A stretch of DNA of 64,000 nt from Octopus sinensis (GCF_006345805.1 NC_042998.1:157046001-157110000); one strand, 5' to 3'; numbered from the stretch's first letter, positions 39,995-54,841 are shown. Program-made: numbers and translations. Notes: generated from the letters alone by a model not told the origin.

Positions 39995-40989
39995 ATGGGT
40001 AGCTCGATTAATTAATTTTCTTTAACTAAACGCTTTGAAACTTCGGATATTGGGAGAATGTGTCATATAGAACATCTTTTACTCTTAGCGTTGTTGAGAA
40101 AAGTTTCTATTTTCGAAATTATTTCGTGTTAAAGTTGTCGTATTTCGGTAATTTCAACCAATCAGTGACGTGTATTCAGCTGAATAAAATTACTGCTGTT
40201 GTTTGTCAACAACAACTATCGAAGGTGTATTTTTCGTTTGTCAATGTTATTTATGACATCGTTCGTGCGTTTGTACCAGTTTTAGCTCTAAAAAAATTTA
40301 CAACAATTTTTCTACTTAGGGTTTTAGGGTTAGGGTTTTAGGATTAGGATTAGGGTTAGGGCTTTAGGGCTAGGGCTGGGGTTTTAGGGTTAGAGTTACG
40401 GGAAAAAGTGAAAAATGAAGAAATTGGAGGGGGAAGGGGGGAGCAAAAATTTCAAAATTCCGATTTTTGGCATATGTTCCGGAATCTCCGTATCCGAAAA
40501 GCTGGTTTTTGGAAAAAAAAAAAATTAGATAAAACAATAATTTGCGAGAAAATGGGGTGGGTCCCCAGGAGGAAGTCTTTCCGAAAATAGTAGCTGAAAA
40601 ACAGGAGAAAAAAGAAAAAGAACCCTAAAAGCAGTAGAAATGCACGAACGATTATAGTGGTGTCATGAAGTAAACGTGCTTCAGATACACTCGTTTATTC
40701 ATACGAACGTAACTGAGATGAAATATGTCATAAATAACAGTGACAAACGAAATATACACCACCGGAAGTTGTTGTTGACAAACAACAGCAGTAATTTTAT
40801 TCAGCTGAATATACGTCATTGATTGTCTGAAATTACCGAAATACGACAACTTTAACACGAAATAACTTCAAAATAGAAACTTTTCTAAACAACGCTAAAG
40901 GTAAAAGATGTTCTATATTGACACATTCTACCAGTATTCGAAGTTTCAAAGTGTTTAGTTAAAGAAAATTAATTAATCGAGCTGCCCAT
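39995..40989. mobile_element. Fold-back MITE with ~270 bp TIRs and internal degenerate (TTAGGG)n
   Basis: Left end atgggtagctcgattaattaattttctttaac is inverse to right end gttaaagaaaattaattaatcgagctgcccat; telomere-like tract 40316-40395. Confidence 0.8.
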
Positions 40990-41234
40990 CGATCAATATC
41001 TTAAATCAGTAAAAAAAGGTCCATATCATAAATCAGTAAAGGCTTCCAAAGAAATGAGAGATACATATTCTCACGGATAGGTTGCCATTCTGTTTCAAGA
41101 TGGTGCAAAACAACATTTTTTGACCAGAAATACAACATAACACTTACTGTGGATTGAGATTCATATTCTTGAGCAGGTGGGCCAATATTTTATTTTCCAG
41201 GATATTTCAATCTATGACACATTAATATACTGTA

Positions 41235-41331
<97 letters not shown>

Positions 41332-41380
41332 GCTGTTGTCATTGTAATAGCTTTCCATTGTTATCTATTATATCTGTTGT

Positions 41381-41740
41381 GGAGGCGCAATAATCCAGTG
41401 GTTTGGGCAACGGACCCGCAGTCGTAGGATCGCAGTTTCGATTCACAAATCAGGCGTTGTGAGTGTTTGCTTAGCGAAAACACCTAAAGCTCTATGAGGC
41501 TTCGGCGGGTGGAGGGGAGCCTGGTGTACTCTTTCACCACAACTTTCTCTCACTGTTTGTTTTACCTGTATTTCAAAGGGCCAGCCTTGTCACACTCTGT
41601 ACCACGCTGAATCTCCCCGAGAACTACGTTAAGGGTACACGTGTCTGCGGAGTGCTCAGTCACTTGCACGTTAATTTCACGAGCAGGCTGTTCCGTTAAT
41701 CGGATCAACTAGAACCCTAATCGACGGAGTGTCACGATTA
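41381..41740 (+). mobile_element. SINE family B copy
   Basis: Collinear with 13011-13380. Confidence 0.7.
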
Positions 41741-41937
41741 TATCCATTCCTAAAGCGTTCTTAATATCGTTTAGAGCATCTAATTTGAATATATACCATC
41801 ACTTATGCAAATTTTGGCATTACTTGTGAAGGTAAATATGCTAATCTAATTAGTATTCAGAGAGGAGAATGAAAAGCTCAACTGACGTCAGTCGGTAGCA
41901 GATTTATAGAAATGATTAAAAGATTTTTGAATCATGG

Positions 41938-42037
<100 letters not shown>

Positions 42038-42385
42038 AGTTTGAATGTTTATGTGTATATTTTATGTAAGGTATATATTTATGTAAGGTATATAAGACGA
42101 GGTATAAAAAAGGGTCTTATATTCTTTTATTGTTGCAATAATAAAGGAATATGTAAAGACCATTATTATACCGTCTTATATACAACTCTCTGTAAAGAAC
42201 CAATTTAAATGAGAATGCAACTGTAGATTTACTATTACAGAATGGTGATGAACCTTGGAGCGCATATGCGGAGTTTTTAACTAATCTAAATACCAAAAGA
42301 TTGTTAGCGTGATGTATTTGTATTAAGAGAGAACATATAAAGCATTTTGCCCGGATTGATAGTCCATCATTAATATCTTTATATC

Positions 42386-42954
42386 AAGGCGGCGAGCTGG
42401 CAAAGACGTTAGCACGCCGGGCAAAATGCTTAGCGGTATTTCGTCTACCGCTACATACTGAGTTCAGATTCCGCCGAGGTCGACTTTGCCTTTCATCCTT
42501 TCGGGGTCGATAAATTAAGTACCAGTTACACACTGGGGTCGATGTAATCGACTTAATACCTATGTCTGTCCTTGTTTGTCCTCTCTATGTTTAGCCCCTT
42601 GTGGGTAATAAAGAAATAGGTATTTCGTCTACCGCTACGTTCTGAGTTCAAATTCCGCCGAGGTCGACTTTGCCTTTCATCCTTTCGGGGTCGATAAATT
42701 AAGTACCAGTTACGCACTGGGGTCGATGTAATCGACTTAATTCGTTTGTCTGTCCTTGTTTGTCCCCTCTGTGTTTAGCCCCTTGTGGGTAGTAAAGAAA
42801 TAGGTATTTCGTCTGTCTTTACGTTCTGAGTTCAAATTCCGCTGAGTTCGACTTTACCTTTCATCCTTTCGGGGTCGATAAATTAATTTCATTTACGATC
42901 TAATCGACTGACCCCTCCCCAAAATTTCGGGCCTTGTCACCAGCGTAGAAAAGA
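42386..42954 (+). mobile_element. SINE family A tandem trimer
   Basis: Three monomers; the second and third start at ggtatttcgtc after the gccccttgtggg tail. Confidence 0.8.
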
Positions 42955-43062
42955 TCGGTACATGTACGCTTGTGGTTGAATTGCTACGAAGCTATCAATG
43001 TTTCTCGTGTCATATAAGGGAAAGTAATACTGTCAGTTTATTCTGCAAAACGTTTGTAAGTA

Positions 43063-43177
43063 CCAGGTGGGCCAAAAGTCACGCACAAAATAGTTCTATG
43101 CGCGTCAGACTTGACATGCTTCAATGTTTCTAAAGTTGAATAAAAGCAATAAAATAATGATGAATACACATGTATTC

Positions 43178-43227
<50 letters not shown>

Positions 43228-43562
43228 TATAAAAATGTTTTGTTTTCTTCATCATCCTTAAAACAAACCTTATTCAGGGACCTCTTGAGTAGGATGGGCT
43301 ACTCGACCTGAAGAAAATTCTAACTGGGCCCCACCTGCAAGGTCATGCTCTGTTTATTTTGATATGAGATCCCCATGTTGCACGAAAATGGTTGTGATGC
43401 ATGTGCTTATCAGACAGGTAGCCATGATGGGTATATTAGGCTTCATATATTTGTACCCCAGTGTCACTTTGATGGCATGCTCTGCTCTCTCACTCAATAA
43501 TGATAATAACGTAATATAAATAAAATGTCAAATGTTTTGTGCGTGACTTTAGGCCCACCCCG
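43063..43562. mobile_element. Tc1-like MITE (TA-flanked) containing (ATA)n and a nested retroposon fragment (43252-43510)
   Basis: TIRs ggtgggccaaaagtcacgcacaaaa / ttttgtgcgtgactttaggcccacc. Confidence 0.7.
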
Positions 43563-44343
43563 TATTTATATAACATCAATCTTTGTTGCCTAATCGGTTC
43601 CGTAGTCATCCAACGTACATGTGGTGCAACAGTCGTCTATTATCTTTTTTTTTAATTTTGAGGATTTGTTCGTAAAATGCCTTACTCACACAAACATAAA
43701 CGTGCATATGCACACACACCTTCGCACGCGCGCACAAGAACGCATGTAAATAAGCATACATGTATGTCGGTGTTCATTATGTACATGTATCTATGCAAGC
43801 CTATTGTTTGTTTTATCGGTTTCGATCATCGCACCTAAGCTATTTTGTGTAGATTATATCTAGTTTGTATAATACTTATTTTATCGATCGTGTAGGAAAC
43901 GAAAGACAAGTTCCACCTATGTTTAACTCGAACGAAATTATATTTCTGTGTGGCTCGCACTTTGAGCAACTGACACAGATATAGAAAGTTTCCGTGTATC
44001 AAATTTCCCTCACAATGAAATAGTGAATTCTTGAAGAAACTCACTGAAGGTGTCGTAAAATGGGATTATGTGCTTTTCCTGTTGCAATTACTTTTAATAT
44101 TACCTCAAAATAAGGCGGCTAGCTGGCAGAATCGTTCGCACGCCAAACAAAGTTCTTAGTGGTATTTAGTTCGTTTTTACGTTCTGAGTTCAAATTCCGC
44201 AGAGGTCGACTTTATCTTTCATCCTTTCGGGGTCAATGAAATAAGCACTAATAAAGCACTGGGGTTGATGAAATCAACCAGTTACTCCTGCAAAATTTCA
44301 GGCATTGTGCTTATAGCAGAAAGGAAGATTACTTCAAAATAGT

Positions 44344-44817
<474 letters not shown>

Positions 44818-45541
44818 GCATCTATATAGTTTACCTCTTGATAACCAAGCTAGGATAATTATGAATAACATCATAATATAAGTATTTTTCTCTATCTTCT
44901 TATAGTATATATCTTCTAATTTACTGAAGACAATTTAAGGCTTTTGCAATACTGACACATTAGTCGCTCTTCTTGTATTGTCTCACTCGAGATATTATGA
45001 ATAAATACATGTTTTGAATGCATAATGAAAATGAAAGAAAATTTGTGGTGTGATGACGTGTGAATCTTTGACGTATATTGTTCTTACTATCTTGACTGAG
45101 AAAGGCAAATCTAACCATTGCTATACACTATCGATTATAATGAATGCACGTGGGCTATGAAAGGATATCAGAGACTCATCTATCTATCGATGTAACAACA
45201 GCTGTTGTAACAGCAGGTGTAAGGAAAATGACTGTAACACTGTTTTAACCGAATTTTAGCAATGATTTCTCAAATTAACTGAAGGCCATTCATTTAAAGT
45301 CGACCGAAATAATCTTAGGCGACTGGTCCTAGTGCATTTCTGGTTCTTATTTTATTGACCTCTCGCAGGATTCAAACTCCAATTGCAGAGAATAGACTCT
45401 CTGACATTTATGCAAATTTAATGAAAACCAATGTGTAGAGGAGGAATTTAGTCACTTAAGTCGAACTTTCATACACCGCTGACACTTCCATCCAAATAGA
45501 ATGAAAAACTGTGAACTTTGGCAGAGACTGAAGTCAAAGTA

Positions 45542-46827
45542 CGATGGTGGGCTGAAAAGTTCATAGGCTGACTATGAAGGGATGATACTAGAGCTGTGAA
45601 ATCTTGCATGTATTAATTTCAACACTTCTTATTAATAACTGCATTGTTTCTTTCCAGGTAAATTGACATCTGACTGTTCAAAGAAGACTTCAAAAGGAAC
45701 TGGTAGCTACTTCTCTTGAAAATGGACAAATTCTGGCAAGGTGGTGTTATCAAGTACTTGCAGAAAAAGGGCCCAGACCCCAACGACATTCATTCTAACA
45801 TAGTTGTTACGTTAGGGGATGACGCTCCATCTTTATCAACAGTGCAAAAGTTGGTAACTGAATTTAGGAGCAGAAGAGCGAATCTTGAAGATGACCCAAG
45901 GTCCGAGCGTCCTGTTTTTGCCACCACCAAGGAAAAGATTGTCTTCATCACATAGTGATGGAGGACAGGTGATTGACTGTGGATTAAATAACCAATGCCT
46001 TTAGTATATCCCCTGAATGAATTGAAAATATTCTGCACTATGAGCAGGGCATAACGAAGTTTTCTGCTCAGTGGGCGCCACATCTTCTGATACCTGATCA
46101 AAAGCGCACCAGGCTGATCACATCACAGGAAAATCTGAAATTATTTCAGGCAGATCCAGCTGGTTTCCTTGAACGTTTTCTAACCCAGGATGAGTGTTGG
46201 CTTCATCACTTTGAGCCAGAGACCAACAGACAATCAATACAGTAGAAACACCCCTCCTCACTTGCCCCAAAGAAGGCCAAGGTTGTTTCATCTGCAGGGA
46301 AGGTGATGGCCTCAGTTTTATGAGATGCGAAAGATATTGTGTTTATTGACTATCTTTAAAAGGACCGCAACATCGATGGAGAGTATTATGCCATTTTACT
46401 GAAGTAGTTACGAAAAGTGTCCACGTTTTCAGGAAAATTGACGGAAATGGGTCTTGATTCATCTGGACAATACTCCAGTACAGATGTCCTTGGTTTCAAT
46501 GCTGCTGTGCGTGACTGTGATTTTAAACTGGTTGACCAACCTCCGTATTCTCCCGATTTGGCCCCAACTGACTATCATCTGTTCCTCAACATGAAAGGCC
46601 ATTTGACTGGGAACCAGTAACGCAATGATGATGACGTCATATCTGCTGTTGATGACTTTTTTTGAGCAACAGGACGAAAGATTCTTCATCAATGGGATCC
46701 AAGCACTGCTACACCGATGGAAGAAGTGTGTGGACCGCAAGGGGGATTATGTTGAAAAATAAACCTTACTTGGTCACATTCCATGAGAGTATCTTGGTTA
46801 GGCTATGAATTTCTCAGCCGACCCTCG
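45542..46827 (+). mobile_element. Near full-length degenerate mariner transposon
   Basis: TA-flanked TIRs; transposase with HTH, LTQDECWLHHFEPE and PPYSPDLAPTDYHLF motifs; multiple stops. Confidence 0.92.
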
Positions 46828-46998
46828 TAATGTTCTATAACTGAAAATCTAAATGATATGGAGAGTCAGCAATTTAAGAGCATCTAAGTATAAGGGACAC
46901 GGAAAAATAAAGCAATAGAATGTCGAGGAGTTAACACCTTCAAACCAATGTTAATCTCGACATGCTTGTTTTTACTTCACACCCTAGCAGCAGCTTTA

Positions 46999-47107
<109 letters not shown>

Positions 47108-47369
47108 GCGCAACCTGGGGTCCTTCACACCAAAGATGCTAATGTTTACATCCGGCCAAGCGGAACTTCGATGATAAAACCAAATATCTTCTTGGTTTCA
47201 GCAAAACTTGAAGGAGAAACCCGACAAATTATAAGCTTTCGGAATTTTATTCCTTGTGATGGTTTGAACAGTTTTATTGAAAAGCAGAACGGCTAAGTAA
47301 AAAATAAGATAACTTGTGGTGGTGTAAGCACACGTATATGAGATTAAAGTTGCTGGAGACAGACACAAG

Positions 47370-48310
47370 GATAGAGTCAGAACGATATACGTAAGAAAGT
47401 AAAGAGTGTGACGAGATCACTTGAGAGTACGAAATGAGTAGGAAATGAAAAATGAACTATAAAAGACATCCGCGTATGCAATAAGGGAAGAAAATTCATT
47501 AGACAATAACACCAGTTTTTTCTGCTTGGTAGGATTTGACCTGTTAAAATGCATTGAAGATGCATTTACGCTCATGAAGTCAGAGGGTAAAAATTTTCCT
47601 TTTGGTACTCAGAAAGATATCGTTGTGGAGGAAATTCTTCAGTAGCATCCGCTGTCCTGCCAAAGTCTTCACCGTCTACGGCTCTTAAAATATTACTAGA
47701 GATTTTCAAGCACCCTTATCTCATACAACGCAACTTTTTCCTTCAACAAGTATATTGTTCTGGATCTTGAAGGAGGACCTTCTCCTTCTTCAACAAATCG
47801 CTGCCCTTGTATCGTAACACCGGAGTCTTTGGACGCTACATCCGCTTCGTACACAACTTCTGCATAACACTCTTCACTAAGTGGGCATATGTCATTACCT
47901 GTTCGAGGTTTGGGACCATTAACTAAGATTTTCATATTATGTGTACATCTGAAAGGGATCCTTATTGCAGGTCTGTTAAAGAGTTTCCTATATTTATGTA
48001 GGGGTGGAAGACGCTTATCTATGAATCTAAAAACACCCTGCCCGTATAAGTCCACATTTCTTAGCATTTAGAGAATATAGAAATATGGAGAGTCACATCT
48101 AAATTTTCTGAATTCGAAATACACATTCGGTAAAGGTTTACACAAGTAATATAATGGGTTGAAAAAAAATCCCTCTAAGCATGTTTAAGATCTAAAACAA
48201 TAAGTTGGGTTGATAACTCCAATAATGTCAACTAATCCAAAGTTTTAGGAAGTAAAGACAATGCACTAAGAGTGGATCCTATATTTAAAGCTAAGTGATG
48301 AAGGTATTTT
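47370..48310 (-). mobile_element. Old degenerate Penelope-like fragment
   Basis: FIDKRLPPLHKYRKLFNRPAIRIPFRCTHNMK (PLE linker) and CPLSEECYAEVVYEADV (GIY-YIG lead-in); boundaries approximate. Confidence 0.6.
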
Positions 48311-48988
48311 ACAATGCTCTGAAAGGGAAAAAGTAAAGGTGACAGCAGCAATATTTAAATACTTAGCATAAAGTGACAAGTTTAATACAAATTGATCAAC
48401 AGTTTCAGTTTATAGTAATATCATACACAGTAGTTGAGTGAAGTTTTGTTTTTGTTTGGCACCGAGTTGACCCCTTGACCAAGCAGACATATGATAAAAA
48501 GCGTTCTAGAGGTGATCATCTGTTTTTTTCTGTTAGATCAAGTAACAACCAAGCGGTTTTGTCTTTGTTTTGTTCGGCTAGTGTTGTTTAGCACTCGGTC
48601 AACCCGATCAAAGGTGTCCCAGCGTGGCCATTAATTTATTTCTAGCCGGTCTCATATTTCTCTTATTTCTAGCAGCTCATGCACGTATGTAGAGGCTCCC
48701 ATATTGTCTCATTTAGTAAAGTCTAATTCAGTATTCTGTAGTGTTACGCAGGGTTAGTGTTTAACCCCGAGTGAATCGTGATGACATAGCTGTTATCATG
48801 AATTCATGTCGTTGTCACCCCGTTCTTTTTAAGAGTTTCTAGGACTACATTATCCAGTGTGTCTTGTCTGCTTAAAGACAGTAGGGCACAGTTTGAAGGA
48901 GATTTGGTCACTATTTTCATCAAGTCGGTCAACCGTGGAAAGGCTCCCTCGATTATGTAGTAGAGAGTTTGAATTATTTTATATAAAA

Positions 48989-49794
48989 CTAGCAGCATAG
49001 CCCGGCGTTGCCCGGGTATGTAAGAGCCCCTAGTAGGCAACGACTAATCCCAATCTAGTCCTTTCCCACTAGGGAACGAAGGCGCATGTGTAGGTTGCAA
49101 TGTCTTCTCTTCACTCCCAAATAACTATCAAACAGCTATCGATAATTCAACCCAACCAATTCCTACCAGGAAGAAATTACATTCGAGACTTTACCCCCAA
49201 CACCGCCACTTCTGCTAATAGCTGCTGCAGCCGCAAGTTATTCGAATACTTTTTTGTTTACACTTTCTTTATAACTACCACCCCAAACGTTTTACCTTAA
49301 ATTTTTGACGTACCCTAAGGGTCCTCGGACGCTACTTGCAAACTCTTGGTCTATTATAAACCGCTTTTGTCGTGTGCATCAAAAAACCTTTTCCATTCGT
49401 TTGTTCAGTTTGGTCACTTTTGACTTTTTCGTTGTTGTCACTTACATTGCTGCCCGCTTTTTTGCCATTTTTGTACATTTTTATACATTTTGGGATACTT
49501 ACCCCACGTGTTCCGAGAGTTAAAAAGGTCGAGTCGCGTCCTCTAGACAGTCTGTAGAAAATGTGTTGCATATAAAAAGCTTAGATTCTCGACCTATGTC
49601 GAATTTATCGATTTTTTTTCAGAACTGGGGGAACTTTTCAAAATTTTCGCTGCGTTAGTTTTGAATTATGACATTGGGCTATGTGTGTGTCAAGTTTCAT
49701 CAGAATCGGTTGAAAGCCGTGGTCAGGGTGAGGGCACAACCTGACAGACACACAGACACTCAGACAGACAAACTGCCGTTTATATAGAGAGAGA
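48989..49794 (-). mobile_element. Non-autonomous Helitron
   Basis: 5' TC (tctctctctatataaa) with ctgt-type repeats; 3' hairpin cccgggcaacgccggg then CTAG; inserted between A and T. Confidence 0.8.
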
Positions 49795-50409
49795 TTAATT
49801 GCTTCGGAGTATAGTACAAAATTAACAATTCTTTTGGGGAAGAGGTTTAGTCGATACCATCAGCCCCAGTACTTGACAGATACTTAAATTTATTGACCCC
49901 GGAAGGATGAAAAGCAAAATTTATTGCGATAGGATTAGTACTCAGAATGTAAAGAGCCGGAACAAATGCCACAAGGTATTTCTAACATGTTAACGAGTTT
50001 TCTACTTCGCAGTCCTTTTTTTTTGTTTTACCTTTATTAATAATTAATATCATTAGTTTATACTTCAAAATTTCAAGTTCATTACTGCAATATTTCCGAA
50101 CTGATTTTGCCACCTTGGTAGGAATAAAGCGATTTGTAATGTATAGACAGAACCTCCAGAAAAGCATTTAGCTAAGAGGAAAACGACAGCTTCCTACCTC
50201 CAGGAAGGGTTTCTCTCAAAATCTAAGTGATTTGTAGATATTTTGTATGGCCATCTATATATCATACTTAATGTAAATACATCGTTGAAAGACAAGACAC
50301 TGCGGTATTCGTCCAGAGATGATATCTATTATGGACGTGCCGTGTTTAAAAATACAATATACATTTTGCGGTGAGAGATGAAAATCATCCTAGCAGCGAC
50401 TAGCGAGAA

Positions 50410-50450
50410 CACCAAACGCATTTCGGCTTTCTTGAGCTTCATCAATGGTG
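50410..50450 (-). ncRNA. Degenerate type I hammerhead remnant
   Basis: Minus strand CACCA-TTGATGA-AGC-tcaagaaa-GCC-GAAA-TGCG-TT/TGGTG; stem I perfect, stems II and III each one change from GGC/GCC and ACGCGT. Confidence 0.5.
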
Positions 50451-51776
50451 TGTACACACATGTCTAGACGGGATTTGTCGCTTCTGGTATATAGGAGACA
50501 TTGAATAAAATATTCACTCGTAGTGTGAATAGTCTCTCAAATGAATGAAAATTCGTTATACGAACATATTTTTTTCTTTTAGGTAAGTGGGTTTGGCAGA
50601 TAGTCACGGGTTTCACCTTGGATCTTCTACCCCTAGACCGATGTACTGATGAACTCCACCAACTCTTAGAGGTTCTCTTTATAAGTACAGATGACTTGAA
50701 TCAATCTTAGTAAATTACAAACACATTTCTTTATCAATCCCAGAGGAAGGGAATGTAAGATCAACACTGACTGGATGTGATCTCTTAAAGTAAATAAAAG
50801 AAAGTAAAGGGATTATATAATATAAGGGAAGTTATTCCAGCGCTCCTGCAGTTTCTACTACATTAATACTGTTGTACATGTCCATTGATTTCCTATACAG
50901 TGCCATTCAAATGGTAGTATATAGAGGTGAGAACAGACTGTTTTTCTGATATTGCTGCTGTTATCGTTGCTGCTGCTACGTGGGGTTTATTTTTGTATTA
51001 TAATCGTTACGCACAAAACAGGAAGTCGGATATAAATAGTAGAAGCTTAAGTTAGCTAGAAGTAACTTCCAGTACAATATATATATATAGTATACAACGA
51101 CTGATATAAAGTGAACACCCAACCAAATTTAGTAGCTCTTTGCTTTGCCTAACCAACGCCTAATAACTTTTCTCAATATGTTGGCAGCACTGCTCATTTA
51201 CAACGTCAACGCGTTGATATGGATGTCATTGTGTCGGTGCCAGAGATTCTGGGTAGGTAGGTATGTATGTATTTATGTATGTATGTATGTATGTATGTAT
51301 GTATGTATGTATGTATGTATGTATGTATGTATGTATGTATGTATACACACGCACACGCACACGCGCACGCATATACTAGGGACGTAGCATAAGTTAATAC
51401 TCATGGTAGAGAGTAATTAAAAAGCTTCCAACATTATTAGAGCTAGCACAATCGTTAGCACGTTGGACAAAATGCTTAGCGATATTTCTTCCAGCCCTTA
51501 CGTACTATGTTCAAATTCCGACAAGGTCAACCTTGCCTTTTCTCCTTTTAGGGTCGATAAAATACAGTACCATTTATGTGCTAGGGTCGATGTAATCGAC
51601 TAGCGTGCCGGGTAAAATGTTTAGCGGCATTTCGTCCATCTGCACCTTCTAAGTTCAAATTCCGAGGTCGACTTTGATTTCATCCTTGCGAGTGTCGATA
51701 ATTTAAGTACCAGTAAAACACTTGTGCCGATTATCCTCCTCCCCCAAATTTCAGGCCTTGTGCCTATAGTTGAAAG

Positions 51777-51871
51777 GATTATTATTATTATCATTGTTGT
51801 TGTTGTTGTTGTTGTCGTCGTCGTCGTCGTCGTCGTCGTTGTTGTTGTTGTTGTCGTTGTTGTTGTCGTCG

Positions 51872-51947
<76 letters not shown>

Positions 51948-51950
51948 CAT
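51777..51950. repeat. Compound (ATT)/(GTT)/(GTC)n microsatellite
   Basis: Direct reading; another (ATT)n tract at 52511-52581. Confidence 0.95.
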
Positions 51951-52510
51951 TATTGAGTGAGAGAGTAGTGCATGCCATCAAAATGACACTGGGGTAAAAT
52001 ATACGAAGCCCAATATACCCATCATGACTACCCGTCTGATAAGGGTACACCAGGCACATGCATCACAACCATATGTGCGCGACATGGTGATCTCATATCA
52101 AGATGAACAGCACATGACCTTGCAGGTGGGGCCCAGTTAGAATTTTCTTCAGGTTGAGTAGGCCATCCCGCTCAAAAGGTCCCTGAATAAGGGTTGTTTA
52201 AGGATGTTGAAAGAACCACCCATGTTTCCAGAGGTGAATTATTCAAACCCCAAAGAATCCCTCTCAACACATGGCTATGATGCTCCCCCACTACTTCTGC
52301 TCGTGATCAGAGATGCACATATCGTCAGCCACTAAGGGACATGCTCAACTGGTTAAGGTCAAACAACTGACAAGCAAATCTGTGGTATTGAGCAGAATAT
52401 TTGCTGTTGCCCATCTTTTATACCAAGACAAAACAATGTACATGATAACACTTCCAATCAGTTAAGATCAGAAGCCATGAGAGCCACTGCCTGGTACTGC
52501 ATCAGGGCAT
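51951..52510 (-). mobile_element. ~560 bp retroposon embedded in (AAT)n
   Basis: Its 3' ~260 bp recur inverted at 43252-43510; both copies end ctcactcaataatgataat. Confidence 0.65.
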
Positions 52511-52529
52511 TTATTATTATTATTATTAC

Positions 52530-52583
<54 letters not shown>

Positions 52584-52788
52584 GGCAGTGAGCTGACAAA
52601 AAATCGTTCGCGCGCCGGGAAAATGTTTAGCGGCATTTCGTCCGTCTTCACCTTCTATGTTCAAATTCCACCGAGGTAAATTTTACCTTTCAGGGTTGAT
52701 AAAATAAGTACCAGTTGAATATTAGTAAGCTGGAGCTTAGCCCTCTTCCGTTCTTATTTCAGGCAGGTATGCATTTTACCGGTTAATA

Positions 52789-53345
52789 TTGGGTTGTCCG
52801 GAAAGTTCGTGCCGAAGGAAAGAAAAAGGTCGATAAATACTTGCTATTACATTACATTAATCAACCAAATATGAACCATTTTGTTGCACAATGCGCCTCC
52901 ATCTTTCCTTTAACTTGAAAATACCCTCTTCACAGAATTGAGGTGGTTTCATGATAAAGAATTCATCAAGGTATCTTTTTACGTCATCCAAGGAATTGAA
53001 ATTTTTACCATTAAACTATTCTGCAGAGACCTGAATAAGTGGAAATCCGAAGGAGCAATATCTGGTGAATATAGAGGGTGGGCAACACATCCCAGCCGAG
53101 ATGCAGCAATTTTTGTTTGATTCCCAAAGTATCAAGTGCCGAAAATGAACTTTCTTATCTTCCATTTTAAAGGGTTTCAGAATTAACACAGGTTATAGGA
53201 ACATAAAAATTCTTCCACGGAAAGATAGCTTAAACTGCTCTAAATGAAGGTGTAGTCAAATCCTATTTTATGGACTCAACCATGTTCTAAAATAAGTCGA
53301 AAGGTAAGCTACTATAAATCGGCACGAACTTTCCGGACGACCCAA
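52789..53345 (-). mobile_element. Internally deleted mariner with TA target duplication
   Basis: TIRs ttgggttgtccggaaagttcgtgccga; SPDIAPSDFHLFRSLQ transposase C-terminus. Confidence 0.85.
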
Positions 53346-53477
53346 TATTTATCGAACACCAACCATCTTAGATATACTGCACAATATACGGTACACGGCA
53401 TAAACAAGACGCTTTTAAACGTGTATACACACACATAAATATCACACACCATCGCGCTTATATATACGTCAGACTTC

Positions 53478-53967
53478 TCATCATTATCATTGTTCGACCG
53501 TGGTCGAGACAATGGAATTTACCATGCTACGCCAGACATCACGGTCCATCATGGCATTACGGAGGTCCTGTTGCTGGATGCCTGTATCCCTGGAGATTAC
53601 ATCAGGGTAGGAGAGTGTGCACCCTCTGGTATTGCGAGTAGATGGCTTCCAGAGGAGAAGAGTAGAAATTACTTCTTTTTCAGCTCTACAACAATGTCCA
53701 GCAAACTGGACTCCCCTACCTTTCACAAGAGATGGCACAGGTGGTAGTTTCCCATATATTTGCATTTTGGTTGGATGGCGCTTCCACGAGAGATTTTGAG
53801 CTCTCATAAGGAGGCGAGTGTAGGTTCCATCCAACCGCCTCTCAAGCTTCTTTGATAACGTCCAGGTTTCTGAGCCATATAGTAGAATTGGTTCGACTGT
53901 GGCTTTGAATATTTCAAGTTTGAAGTCTCTACTTAGATTTGATGACCAGATCTTATGCATGTCAGAC
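53478..53967 (-). mobile_element. 5'-truncated RTE-type LINE 3' end
   Basis: ORF 53487-53960: EPILLYGSETWTL...FAGHC...DRDVWR, with short ATG/ATA repeat tail. Confidence 0.85.
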
Positions 53968-54226
53968 TTCAGCTCACATTACGTTTACCGAATACCATTT
54001 ATTTTATTAATGGGATTAGTCGGTCTTAGTGAGATCGAAACCGGAATCTCATGGTTGCGCTCTGGACTTCATACCTAGACCGCCATGCCATCTGAGAGAC
54101 AATAACAAGACAATAAATATGTCGAAATATATTGACAAGAATTATATTTGCCACTCTGCGTTGGCAAATAAAATTTACTCTAAAGTACTGTTGCATATAT
54201 CTCGTTCAGAGATTTAGAACTAATAA

Positions 54227-54313
54227 CTTATATATATATATAAATACATACATACATGCATACATACATATATATATATGTATACATACATACATATATA
54301 TATATATATATGT

Positions 54314-54345
<32 letters not shown>

Positions 54346-54347
54346 GT

Positions 54348-54381
<34 letters not shown>

Positions 54382-54423
54382 GTATAACATACATACATAT
54401 ATATACATACATATATGGTATAC

Positions 54424-54482
<59 letters not shown>

Positions 54483-54525
54483 CATACATAATATAACCAT
54501 ACATACATATATATAATATATATAT

Positions 54526-54564
<39 letters not shown>

Positions 54565-54586
54565 ATATATATACATACATACATAT

Positions 54587-54638
<52 letters not shown>

Positions 54639-54686
54639 CATATATTATATATAATATATATATATATATATAGATACATACATACA

Positions 54687-54727
<41 letters not shown>

Positions 54728-54810
54728 CATATATATATATATGATATATATATATATATCTATATATATATATATATATAATATAATATATACATACATA
54801 CATGTATATA

Positions 54811-54841
<31 letters not shown>

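Noticed and set aside
47228-47262. Minus-strand ggaa-taaaa-ttcc-gaaagctt downstream of the old PLE fragment
   Set aside because: Stem II plus GAAA fits an HHR, but the CUGANGA core and stem I are unrecognisable.
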